The notes beneath the pieces are model-generated. The model was not told where the DNA came from. It saw only the letters and a program-made list of their open reading frames with translations, and made no database searches. The position numbers and the translations under genes were made by a program. This document shows positions 1 through 8,563 of a stretch of 58,508 bases of DNA, piece by piece. Positions within the stretch are counted from its first letter, which is position 1. Each line of letters begins with the position of its first letter. This DNA comes from an uncultured Oscillospiraceae bacterium (lineage in GTDB: Bacteria > Bacillota > Clostridia > Oscillospirales > Oscillospiraceae), in assembly GCA_905236515.1 (NCBI GenBank), contig CAJOQP010000111.1, forward strand, positions 1 to 58,508, written 5' to 3'.

Positions 1-2
1 AA

Positions 3-713
3 GTGATCTGGAATAACGTACCTATCCAGGCTTGGTTTCCATCGGAAGAAGAACTGGCATCTCTTGATTTCAGAAGCAAAAAAGAACTAGATGAAGCCGT
101 TCGTCTGGTTCGTATAGGAGATGTGGATCTCTGCGCCTGCTGTGCACCTCATGTCTCTAATACGGGAGAGATCGGAAGTATCAAGATCCTTTCCGTAATG
201 AAGCATCGAGGTGGAGTTCGTATCGAAATGATAGCAGGAAAAACAGCCTATATGAAACTTCGCAGTGATTATGAGCAGGTAAAAGCAGTTTCCCAGATGC
301 TTTCTGCAAAGCATGATGAGATCACAGCATCGGTATCTCGTGTCAGTGAAGAAACTGAAGCATTGAAGCAGACTATCTATGAACTGCGGATGTCGATTCT
401 CCAGTCTCGGATCGATTCTTATCGCGATGTAACAACCGGGAACATCTGTGAATTCAATACTGGACTTGCCGATTCTATGTGCCGAGACTTTATTAACGCA
501 TTGGTGGAAAAGACAGACGGAATCGTCGGTGTTTTCACTGGTGATGATACCATCGGATATCGGTATATCCTTGGATCCAAACAGGTTAATCTTCGTGAAG
601 TCATCGCGGATATCAATAAAGCACTTTCCGGAAAGGGTGGAGGAAGCCCTACGATGGTACAGGGGACGATGAACTGCAAAAAAGAACAGATCATCTCTTA
701 TTTCAAAGAATAA
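3..713 (+). CDS. Alanyl-tRNA editing protein, AlaX-L-like (tRNA_SAD + DHHA1 domains); 5' end lies outside the window
   Basis: The ORF is open to the window edge. It has the zinc/editing motif CACCAPHV and a DHHA1-type C-terminal GGGSPTMVQG. The stop at 711-713 is followed by a hairpin. Confidence 0.75.
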   Translation: MIWNNVPIQAWFPSEEELASLDFRSKKELDEAVRLVRIGDVDLCACCAPHVSNTGEIGSIKILSVMKHRGGVRIEMIAGKTAYMKLRSDYEQVKAVSQMLSAKHDEITASVSRVSEETEALKQTIYELRMSILQSRIDSYRDVTTGNICEFNTGLADSMCRDFINALVEKTDGIVGVFTGDDTIGYRYILGSKQVNLREVIADINKALSGKGGGSPTMVQGTMNCKKEQIISYFKE

Positions 714-716
714 ATA

Positions 717-745
717 AATGCGGTTGCCAACACGGCAACCGCATT
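717..745. terminator. GC-rich hairpin between convergent genes (mainly the pfk terminator)
   Basis: Stem aatgcggttgcc/ggcaaccgcatt with a 5-nt loop. A T-rich tract follows on the minus strand. Confidence 0.7.
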
Positions 746-759
746 ACGTTTAAATAGAA

Positions 760-2013
760 TTACTCAACAAGAATTTTTTTCAGACGTGCGAATCTGGGCA
801 GAGAACCCTCATAGACGATCTTCGGATCACCCTGGATCAGCGGTTTTGCATAGTCGATGAATTCCTGAGTGACGAAGTTCTTCTCTTCATTGATCCATTC
901 CAGAGGAACTTTGTTCTCATAGTTTGCAACCTTGCTCAGAGGGAACAGGGTAGTGGAGAGAACGTATTTTCCATTCTCATCAAACTTTCTGTTCAGAGCG
1001 ACCATCTGACCGGTCTGACCTATGGTGGATTCCAGAACTGCCATTTTGCCCACGTGGAATGCTTCCTGAATGTCCATTTCGGATGCCTGGTGGGAAGCAC
1101 AACGCTGCAGCAGGCTCAATTCGATTCCGCGCACCTTAACACCGAAGCGTTCTTTGACAAGATTAGCAAGAAGGGAGGCGAGTCCGCCCAACTGCGCATG
1201 ACCGAATCCATCGGTAGCGGAAGTTTTTGCTTCGGATACGAAACGTCCATCTGCATAATGGATGCCTTCGGAAACTACAACAAGGACCTTGCCTTTTTCA
1301 TTGTAGACTTTTTCAACGTCTGCAAAGAACTGATCCATATCAAAGTCCACTTCCGGAAGATAGATTAAGTCGGGACCGCATCCAGCATCAGTAGCGAGCG
1401 CTGCAGATCCGGCAAGCCATCCGGCATGACGTCCCATGGTTTCCACGATAGTGATCATCGGAATATCATAAACATTGGTATCTTTGGTGATTTCCATGCA
1501 GGAAGTCGCGATATATCTAGCTGCGCTTCCGAAACCAGGACAGTGATCTGTTCCGTAAAGATCGTTATCAATGGTCTTGGGAACACCCATTACACGGCAG
1601 TCGTAACCAACGCTTTCCATATAACGGCTGACCTTATTGCAGGTATCCATGGAATCGTTTCCACCATTATAGAAGAAGTAACGCACGTTGTGTTTTTTGA
1701 ACACTTCCAGAATGCGTTTATAATCTGTATCATCTTCTTCCGGATCTTTCATTTTGTATCGGCAGGAACCGAGCTCAGAAGAGGGGGTGTTCAGCAGCAG
1801 GCTCAGTTCATAAGGATCTTCCTGACCCATGTCGTACAACTTATCTTCCAAAACACCTACGATACCGTTAGCAGCTGCATACACTTCAGTGATATCTTCG
1901 GACTGGAGCGCGGTACGAATGACGCCGTATGCACTGGCGTTGATTACGGCAGTAGGGCCGCCGGATTGACCAAAAATACATGCGCCTACGAGCTTATCTT
2001 CCAAAATGTCCAT
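760..2013 (-). CDS. 6-phosphofructokinase, long (about 415 aa) clostridial type, probably PPi-dependent
   Basis: 417 aa with PFK-family motifs GGPTAVINAS, GGNDS, PKTIDND and MGRHAGW. SD GGAGGA lies 6 nt upstream of the ATG. Confidence 0.9.
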   Translation of the reverse strand: MDILEDKLVGACIFGQSGGPTAVINASAYGVIRTALQSEDITEVYAAANGIVGVLEDKLYDMGQEDPYELSLLLNTPSSELGSCRYKMKDPEEDDTDYKRILEVFKKHNVRYFFYNGGNDSMDTCNKVSRYMESVGYDCRVMGVPKTIDNDLYGTDHCPGFGSAARYIATSCMEITKDTNVYDIPMITIVETMGRHAGWLAGSAALATDAGCGPDLIYLPEVDFDMDQFFADVEKVYNEKGKVLVVVSEGIHYADGRFVSEAKTSATDGFGHAQLGGLASLLANLVKERFGVKVRGIELSLLQRCASHQASEMDIQEAFHVGKMAVLESTIGQTGQMVALNRKFDENGKYVLSTTLFPLSKVANYENKVPLEWINEEKNFVTQEFIDYAKPLIQGDPKIVYEGSLPRFARLKKILVE

Positions 2014-2127
2014 TAATGATCCTCCTGAAATTATTGAAATAAAAAATCATTTTAGTTTTGTTGATTATATCATATTTGTTTAGTATAATATATACGTTAA
2101 ATAAATAATTATTAGGGGGAACAAAAA

Positions 2128-3063
2128 ATGCCTTTAGTAACAACGACTGAAATGTTTAAAAAAGCTTATGATGGTGGATACGCTATCGGAGCATTCAATG
2201 TTAATAATATGGAAATCGTGCAGGGAATTACAGAGGCAGCAAAAGACCTCAACGCTCCTTTGATCCTTCAGGTATCGAAAGGCGCACGTAATTACGCAAA
2301 TCACACTTACCTGATGAAGCTGGTTGAAGCTGCTGTTGAAGAGACCGGTCTTCCAATTGCTCTTCATCTGGATCACGGTGATACTTTTGAACTTTGCAAA
2401 TCCTGCATTGACGGTGGATTTACTTCCGTCATGATTGATGCATCTTCCAAATCCTTCGAGGATAACATTGCTTTGACCAAACAGGTCGTGGAATATGCTC
2501 ATGATCATGGAGTAGTAGTAGAAGCGGAGCTTGGTACTCTGGCAGGTGTTGAGGACGAAGTGAAAGTCAAAGCTGAAGATTCTTCTTACACCAGACCGGA
2601 AGATGTACAGGAATTTGTTGAGCGTACTGGCTGCGATTCTCTTGCAATTGCCATTGGTACTTCTCATGGTGCATATAAGTTTAAACCTGGCACCAAACCG
2701 CAGCTCCGTTTTGACATTCTTGAGGATGTTTCTGCGCGCCTGCCAGGATTCCCCATCGTTCTTCATGGTTCTTCTTCCGTCCCTCAGGAATTTGTGGAGA
2801 AGATCAATAAGTTTGGCGGAAATATGCCCGGAGCAATCGGTGTTCCTGAAGATCAGCTTCGTCAGGCCGCACAGATGGCTGTATGCAAGATTAACATCGA
2901 TTCCGATCTTCGTCTTGCCATGACTGCTACCGTTCGTGAGTTCTTCTATGAGCATCCGGATAAGTTTGATCCGAGAGAATATCTGAAACCGGCAAGAGCT
3001 GCTATTAAAGAGATGGTTGCTCATAAAATCGTTGATGTTCTTGGATGCGACGGAAAAGCATAA
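2128..3063 (+). CDS. fba: Fructose-1,6-bisphosphate aldolase, class II
   Basis: 311 aa with class II aldolase motifs LHLDHG and GTSHGAYK. SD GGGGGA is present. It is divergent from pfk across a 114-bp AT-rich region. Confidence 0.95.
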   Translation: MPLVTTTEMFKKAYDGGYAIGAFNVNNMEIVQGITEAAKDLNAPLILQVSKGARNYANHTYLMKLVEAAVEETGLPIALHLDHGDTFELCKSCIDGGFTSVMIDASSKSFEDNIALTKQVVEYAHDHGVVVEAELGTLAGVEDEVKVKAEDSSYTRPEDVQEFVERTGCDSLAIAIGTSHGAYKFKPGTKPQLRFDILEDVSARLPGFPIVLHGSSSVPQEFVEKINKFGGNMPGAIGVPEDQLRQAAQMAVCKINIDSDLRLAMTATVREFFYEHPDKFDPREYLKPARAAIKEMVAHKIVDVLGCDGKA

Positions 3064-3081
3064 TGAATTGCAAAGGATGAG

Positions 3082-4740
3082 ATGATGAATTTTAATCTAA
3101 ATTCATTCGCTGCACACCAGGCTAACAGCAGTGTGCTGAGAGAGTATAGGTTTGATCCCATCCTGCTAATACGTCTTGCTGTAGCGACAGTACTTGTTGT
3201 GCTGTCGCTACTTGTTAATATGAGCGAGATCGTGCAGTTGATCCTTCTTATACTTGCTGCCTTGATTGCCGGATACGATCTGGTGTTAATGGCATTGGAT
3301 AAAGTGATGAATCGGCAGTTCCTTCATTCGGATGTGCTGATCGTGATAGCCGCGTTTATTTCTTATTTTATTCGTTTTGCTGTTGAAGGCGCTGCTATTG
3401 CTATTATGTACCAGATCGGCCTTGTTCTGATTGATTATACAAAGTATCGTACCAGAAGAACGGCTTTGGAATATATTACGGATGATGATACAGCACGCTT
3501 TGTCGACCAGGTTTATCAGAATGAGTATATTAAACCAACTCGATTTGAAAACCGAGTAGGGAAGACCGCGGGAATCTTTACGAAAGTTATTATCGTATTT
3601 GCGATTATATACGCGATAGTCATTCCATGGATTACCAATTTCAGTTATGATGTATCGATTCATCGCGGCTTGATAATTCTTGTTATTGCTACACCGTTAT
3701 CCATCATTACATCGATCTATCTTGTAAATCTTATCGGACTGGCTTTCGTGGCAGAGCATGGTGTTCTGTTTCATTCTGCTGAAGCTTTCGAATTGAATTC
3801 CGATGTGGGGACTGTTATCTACGATAAGGATGGAATAATTACCGGCGGCGTTTATAAGATCGATTTTATCAATCCCGGAGACATGGATTCGGAAACCTTC
3901 CTCAAGATGGCTGCACATATTGCATATCGTTCCTCAAACCCGGTTGCCCAGTCAATTCTGGACAATTATCATGATGAGATTTCAGAAGAACTGATCACTA
4001 ATTTTGGTGAAGTTCCTGGCCTTGGATGCAAGATTCTTGTTAATGGTGTAGATATGGGGCTCATGACGAAACGGTATTGTGAGTCTCATGAGATTGGTAT
4101 CCCTATCATAGCAACAGAGGGCACGACCCTGTATATGATTATTGCCGGCAAATATGTGGGTCATATCACTTTGTCAGAAGAAATCGATGAGCAGGCGAAG
4201 AATCTTATCAATGAGTTTAATGATCATGACATTGATTGTATTCTAGTCAGCTCGGAAGACAAAGAGACCTGTACGAAATTTGTCCGTACTGTTGATGTTA
4301 CCGAATTCTATTATGAATATGATGAGGAACAGAAGATGAACCTCATCTCCAATCAGCAGGACAACCAGCACCTTGGAAAGATTCTATATCTTTATAGAAA
4401 TCCAAGAAAGTATCATACAGATGCTGATATTGATGCCATCTATGCATCCAGCGATGACATTTCTGATATTACTATTGAACGAAATTGTCTGAACTCTGTG
4501 GTTTTCTCCATTGATGCTGCTAAGCGCAGTAATGATATTGCAGTTCAGAACGTTGTTATTGGTTTTGCTGTTAAGATCATTCTCATCGCTTTGACTTTGA
4601 CTGGTTTCTGCAATCTGTGGTTTGCATTGTTCATCGACCTTGCCACTGCCCTTGGCACGATTTTGAATTCTATTCGCGCTGGACAGTTTAAGACTCGTAA
4701 AGTCTATGTTGATGAGGACTATGATGAATTTGACGATTAA
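3082..4740 (+). CDS. Degenerate heavy-metal (P1B) P-type ATPase-like membrane protein; predicted to be non-catalytic
   Basis: 552 aa, collinear with CadA/ZntA-type ATPases. No actuator/TGES domain is present. CPC is replaced by TPL, DKTGTLT by DKDGIIT, HP by NP and TGD by SED, and no GDGxND motif is found. It starts 18 nt after the fba stop. Confidence 0.65.
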   Translation: MMNFNLNSFAAHQANSSVLREYRFDPILLIRLAVATVLVVLSLLVNMSEIVQLILLILAALIAGYDLVLMALDKVMNRQFLHSDVLIVIAAFISYFIRFAVEGAAIAIMYQIGLVLIDYTKYRTRRTALEYITDDDTARFVDQVYQNEYIKPTRFENRVGKTAGIFTKVIIVFAIIYAIVIPWITNFSYDVSIHRGLIILVIATPLSIITSIYLVNLIGLAFVAEHGVLFHSAEAFELNSDVGTVIYDKDGIITGGVYKIDFINPGDMDSETFLKMAAHIAYRSSNPVAQSILDNYHDEISEELITNFGEVPGLGCKILVNGVDMGLMTKRYCESHEIGIPIIATEGTTLYMIIAGKYVGHITLSEEIDEQAKNLINEFNDHDIDCILVSSEDKETCTKFVRTVDVTEFYYEYDEEQKMNLISNQQDNQHLGKILYLYRNPRKYHTDADIDAIYASSDDISDITIERNCLNSVVFSIDAAKRSNDIAVQNVVIGFAVKIILIALTLTGFCNLWFALFIDLATALGTILNSIRAGQFKTRKVYVDEDYDEFDD

Positions 4741-4752
4741 TGGAATTAGATG

Positions 4753-4788
4753 AAAACAACCCTTGTAGTAGTACAAGGGTTGTTTTTT
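4753..4788. terminator. Rho-independent terminator between convergent genes
   Basis: 15-bp stem aaaacaacccttgta/tacaagggttgtttt with a 4-nt loop. A T-run follows on the plus strand and an A-run precedes it. Confidence 0.85.
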
Positions 4789-5918
4789 CATCCCAGCAGG
4801 AGACCGAGATTATTGTCTTCTGCGAAGTTTTTCATGCTGTACATGATTAGTATCTCGTCTATTGGATGTGTCTGAATAAACTGCTGTATACTTTCTTTAT
4901 AGTATCGCAAATCAATAAGATATATATCCGAATATGCCTGACTCAGGAAGGGGGCAATGCTATCAGAATAGGAATCCCGGATCAGCAGCAGGGAAGAAGG
5001 TGCCAGATTGCTGTTTTGGATATGAATCAGTGGACTGATACCGCCCAGAAAATAGGAATATTTATCTTTTTCCTGAAGCATAGATTCATCATAAAGACCT
5101 GAAATAACCGGTTCATTCTGAACACCAGAGCGAAAGCTTTCAACTATTGCATCATTTCCATTAATATATGTATCAATAGTATCCGGGGCAACCCAGGTGT
5201 ATCCAGAGGACGAGTAAGAAGTGCCATAAAAATCATCACACACAGTTGTTGCAGATAGGGAAGAGGTGTCATATTTTTTGGCGGAATACAGATTATCTTG
5301 AAGGGTATCAAAAGCAATTTTTGCCCCGTAGCTAGTCCAGTGATGGTCGGTCCGATAATAGATGTTTTCCGACTGATGTTCTAAGAGTAAAGAACGAATG
5401 TCGATTGATTGAGGACCGTTCAGTTTATCATAACAGAACCGAATAGCATCTTCTTCTGCAGTGCTGCTAGTGTAAAGCGGGAGACGGTCTTTCTGGATAT
5501 CGGAAGCGCTTGGAATCAAACAAATAGAAACAGGGGAGGAAAGAGAGGAACTGAAAGAGTTTATCCAGTCGATCTTCTGCTCTAATTTGGAATAATCTGG
5601 GACATTAAACTGCGGAAACAACTGACCATTTTCCCCATAATAGATACCATTACTGAGCCGTTTTCCTGCAGCGTATTCACATGCCGCTTTCACAGTAATC
5701 CAGGTGTCACGAAAAGGGAAGTGATCTGCAATATAATTATCCGCTTTTTCCATAAATGCTCCAGAGGATACCTCACTGGCTTTTAAGGCTGGTTTTTCCT
5801 GCAGAACACGGTTTTCCTGCTTTGAAAATGATTGCTTCGGTAACAGCAGAAAAAGGACCAGGGAAAGGAGAATGATTCCAAAAAACAAATATATTAAGAT
5901 GTTGTTTTTTTGTTTCAT
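4788..5918 (-). CDS. DHHW-family protein (AlgJ/SGNH-like partner of MBOAT acyltransferases), membrane-anchored/secreted
   Basis: 376 aa with an N-terminal TM/signal segment and the signature YYRTDHHWTSYGA. It starts 5 nt after the MBOAT stop. Confidence 0.85.
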   Translation of the reverse strand: MKQKNNILIYLFFGIILLSLVLFLLLPKQSFSKQENRVLQEKPALKASEVSSGAFMEKADNYIADHFPFRDTWITVKAACEYAAGKRLSNGIYYGENGQLFPQFNVPDYSKLEQKIDWINSFSSSLSSPVSICLIPSASDIQKDRLPLYTSSTAEEDAIRFCYDKLNGPQSIDIRSLLLEHQSENIYYRTDHHWTSYGAKIAFDTLQDNLYSAKKYDTSSLSATTVCDDFYGTSYSSSGYTWVAPDTIDTYINGNDAIVESFRSGVQNEPVISGLYDESMLQEKDKYSYFLGGISPLIHIQNSNLAPSSLLLIRDSYSDSIAPFLSQAYSDIYLIDLRYYKESIQQFIQTHPIDEILIMYSMKNFAEDNNLGLLLG

Positions 5919-5923
5919 AGTAT

Positions 5924-7315
5924 TTAGAACCTGAAGTACAAGAAAGGATTATAGGTTTCGTTTACTAAAAATGCCGTGGAGACAAGGAATAATGCTATTA
6001 ATATGCATGTTTTAGATATAAAAGCAGCCTTTTCCGGAAGTTTATTGGTAATTCGATAAATCCAGTCGGTAGAAAAGAATCCCGCTGCAATGATAATTAT
6101 TGCGTTGGATAACAGCATATGGATGTCCGAAGCGGCGTATAAAAGGTTGTTGGAAAACATTGCCTGTAAATAGGAAAACATATCCCCAATGGAAGTGATC
6201 TGAAACAGGACCCAGCCGCAGACGACTGCAATTAATGCATACAGATGATTAACAAAAGAGGGGATATGCTTCTGCAATTTAAGCAGAAACAGTTTTTCTA
6301 TGATCAGCAGAACTGCATAATAGAGCCCCCAAAGAACAAAGTTCCAACTCGCACCATGCCATAGTCCGGTGATTGCCCATACGATAATGATATTGAGGAT
6401 CTGACGAAAGATACCTTTCCGATTTCCACCCAAAGGAATATAGACATAATCGCGGAACCAAGATCCGAGGGTTATATGCCAGCGTCGCCAGAATTCGGTG
6501 ATGCTGGAAGACATATATGGAAAACGAAAGTTTTCTGGGAAAGAGAACCCAAGCATTTTTCCCAGTCCAATTGCCATGTCAGAGTAGCCGGAGAAATCAA
6601 AATAGATCTGAAGGGTAAAAGCAATTATTCCAAGCCAAGCGCCTAAAAGAGAAAGGTCGGGAGACAGGATAGTAGAATAATGGTCCCAGATCAGACCCAC
6701 ATTATTAGCAATTAATACTTTTTTTGATAATCCGATGATAAAGCGCTGAATACCGGAGGAAATCTCGGATAGGGAGGGATTTCTTCCGGTAAACTGACGG
6801 CTGATCTGCTCATAACGAACGATGGGGCCAGCAATCAGTTGAGGAAACATGGAAATATAAGTTCCGAAAATTAAAATGTTTTTCTGGGCAGGAACTTTTT
6901 TCCAATATACATCGATAGGGTAGCTCATGGCCTGGAATGTATAGAAGCTGATTCCGAGTGGAAGTATGATGTCTTTCCATGTAAAGCTGCTGCCTGTAAT
7001 TGTATTGAAGGTCTGAAGGATAAATCCTGCGTATTTAAAATAGCCAAGAAGCGCAATATCAACAATTATTGTAGCAACCAAAACATTTTTTGATTTTGCC
7101 GGTGAAGGGGAGTAGTAATCCACCAACAATCCACTGATAAAGTTGATGAAGATGGAAAAGAGCATCAGCACAACGTAGACAGGCTCACCCCATCCGTAAA
7201 ACACCAGATTGGCTAAAAACAGCCAATAATACTTTGCTTTGGATGGGATGAGATAGTACCCGATTAATACGATGGGCAAAAATACATATATAAATGTCAG
7301 ACTGGAAAAGACCAA
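5924..7315 (-). CDS. MBOAT-family membrane-bound O-acyltransferase (AlgI/DltB/PatA-like)
   Basis: 463 aa, polytopic. The N-terminus MVFSSLTFIYVFLP is typical of the family, and the conserved-His region WHGASWNF is present. It has a TTG start with SD GGAAGA, 3 nt after the recombinase stop. Confidence 0.9.
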   Translation of the reverse strand: MVFSSLTFIYVFLPIVLIGYYLIPSKAKYYWLFLANLVFYGWGEPVYVVLMLFSIFINFISGLLVDYYSPSPAKSKNVLVATIIVDIALLGYFKYAGFILQTFNTITGSSFTWKDIILPLGISFYTFQAMSYPIDVYWKKVPAQKNILIFGTYISMFPQLIAGPIVRYEQISRQFTGRNPSLSEISSGIQRFIIGLSKKVLIANNVGLIWDHYSTILSPDLSLLGAWLGIIAFTLQIYFDFSGYSDMAIGLGKMLGFSFPENFRFPYMSSSITEFWRRWHITLGSWFRDYVYIPLGGNRKGIFRQILNIIIVWAITGLWHGASWNFVLWGLYYAVLLIIEKLFLLKLQKHIPSFVNHLYALIAVVCGWVLFQITSIGDMFSYLQAMFSNNLLYAASDIHMLLSNAIIIIAAGFFSTDWIYRITNKLPEKAAFISKTCILIALFLVSTAFLVNETYNPFLYFRF

Positions 7316-7318
7316 TGT

Positions 7319-8323
7319 TTATTCTTCCTGTTCTGGAGTATAGTTTCCCAAGGGATTTGCTTCGGCAGCAATTTTAAGGGAAGTGTTATCAATATGGGTG
7401 TAAATCTGTGTTGTGTTTAAGTTCTCATGACCAAGCAGTTCTTGCAGAGTTCGCACGTCAACACCATTTTGCAGCATTAATGTAGCTGCAGTATGCCGCA
7501 GCTTGTGAGCAGAATACTTGTCAGCGTCAAGACCTGCTTTCTTCAGATACTTTTTAACCATAGCGTGAATGGTTTCTCTGGAGATACGTTCCCGCCGATT
7601 GGAAAGGAATAGGGCATTGCGATCAATCGCGGCAATATTTTTTCGAACCTGAAGATAATCATTAAGAGCGTTGGCAACTGCGGAATTTATATAAACAATA
7701 CGTTCTTTGCTTCCTTTACCGAAAACTCTGATCTGATCTTCTCGAATATCCTGAAGATTTAAACCAACAATTTCAGAGATTCGTAGACCACAGTTTAAGA
7801 AAATGCAAAGGATGCAGTAATCCCGTTCCTTGTTCTTACCGTCAACTGACTGAAGCAGCTGTTGCGCCTCGTCTAAGGTAAGATAGCGGGGAAGGGTCTT
7901 AGGAACTTTGGGTGAATCTATATCCTGAAGCGGATTTACATCTATCAGTTTTGCTTTGTTAGTCAGATACTTGTAAAAGCTGCGGATAGTAGATATTTTT
8001 CTAGCACGACTGGAAGCTTTTAATCCGTATTCCTTGGACCGGCTTCTTTCATTTAATACCTTGTCTCGGGAGAGAAAGGAGAGAAAGTCATAAAACTCCG
8101 AGAGCGTAACATTTTTTACAAAATCTAGATCAACATCTTTAATAGCAATCTCATCAAAATCCATATTGCGAGGAACAACGTTACGTTCGATTTTCAGGAA
8201 ACGGAAGAAGTTGCGCATATCAAGATAGTACTCATCCACAGTTGCTTTGGAATGACCCTTGATCGTTTCGTGATAAGTTAAGAAACCTTTCAATATTTCC
8301 GGACAGTCGTCGCGATAATCCAT
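7319..8323 (-). CDS. Tyrosine site-specific recombinase (XerC/XerD-like integrase family), catalytically intact
   Basis: The R..K..HxxR..H..Y residues are present (GLRISE, GKGSKER, HKLRHTAAT, LGHENLNTTQIYTH). The preferred start is ATG 8323 with SD AGGTGA; the track's GTG start at 8332 would sit within that SD. Confidence 0.9.
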   Translation of the reverse strand: MDYRDDCPEILKGFLTYHETIKGHSKATVDEYYLDMRNFFRFLKIERNVVPRNMDFDEIAIKDVDLDFVKNVTLSEFYDFLSFLSRDKVLNERSRSKEYGLKASSRARKISTIRSFYKYLTNKAKLIDVNPLQDIDSPKVPKTLPRYLTLDEAQQLLQSVDGKNKERDYCILCIFLNCGLRISEIVGLNLQDIREDQIRVFGKGSKERIVYINSAVANALNDYLQVRKNIAAIDRNALFLSNRRERISRETIHAMVKKYLKKAGLDADKYSAHKLRHTAATLMLQNGVDVRTLQELLGHENLNTTQIYTHIDNTSLKIAAEANPLGNYTPEQEE

Positions 8324-8349
8324 TTGTATCACCTGTAGAAGTTAATATT

Positions 8350-8388
8350 GAGATTCTCCGAACTGAAAAAAAGAAAAAGGAGAATCTC
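8350..8388 (-). promoter_or_regulatory. Leader hairpin just upstream of the recombinase SD
   Basis: 10-bp stem gagattctcc/ggagaatctc with a 19-nt A-rich loop. On the minus strand it lies between the putative -10 box and the SD. Confidence 0.4.
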
Positions 8389-8434
8389 TTTGTTTTCAAG
8401 AACAGATAGGGAGCGATGGGCTTCCTTACCTTTT

Positions 8435-8440
8435 ATTATA
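8435..8440 (-). promoter_or_regulatory. Putative -10 box (TATAAT) for the recombinase-MBOAT-DHHW operon
   Basis: The minus strand reads ttagtgTATAATaaaa. The -35 is weak and lies inside the adjacent palindrome. Confidence 0.35.
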
Positions 8441-8446
8441 CACTAA

Positions 8447-8478
8447 AAATTAAACAAAATAAAGATTTTGTTTAATTT
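8447..8478. repeat. 32-bp perfect palindrome (14-bp arms with a 4-nt centre, or 12-bp arms with an 8-nt spacer)
   Basis: aaattaaacaaaat-aaag-attttgtttaattt, read directly from the sequence. It lies about 125 bp upstream of the recombinase start. Confidence 0.9.
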
Positions 8479-8563
8479 AGGGGAGGTTAAAATCAAGGTT
8501 TTTCTTGGTTTTTCCGGTTTTGGATTGATTTTTCCATAAACCACTACTTTTTAATGACTTGCA

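Noticed and set aside
2134-3024. 296-aa ORF antisense to fba
   Set aside because: It is entirely nested antisense within a highly confident aldolase gene, with no motifs or SD.
7319-8323. The integrase as a marker of a prophage, ICE or genomic-island boundary
   Set aside because: There is no adjacent tRNA, no direct repeats that I could see, and no phage, conjugation or excisionase genes. The neighbours are core genes (radA, aspC) or an envelope operon, and the gene is operon-fused rather than terminal.
8480-8539. GGGGAGG SD-like element followed by a 15-codon hydrophobic mini-ORF (IKVFLGFSGFGLIFP) on the plus strand
   Set aside because: The only in-frame initiator at the right distance is ATC, which is not a normal start codon. 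No promoter is evident. The purine run is more likely incidental.
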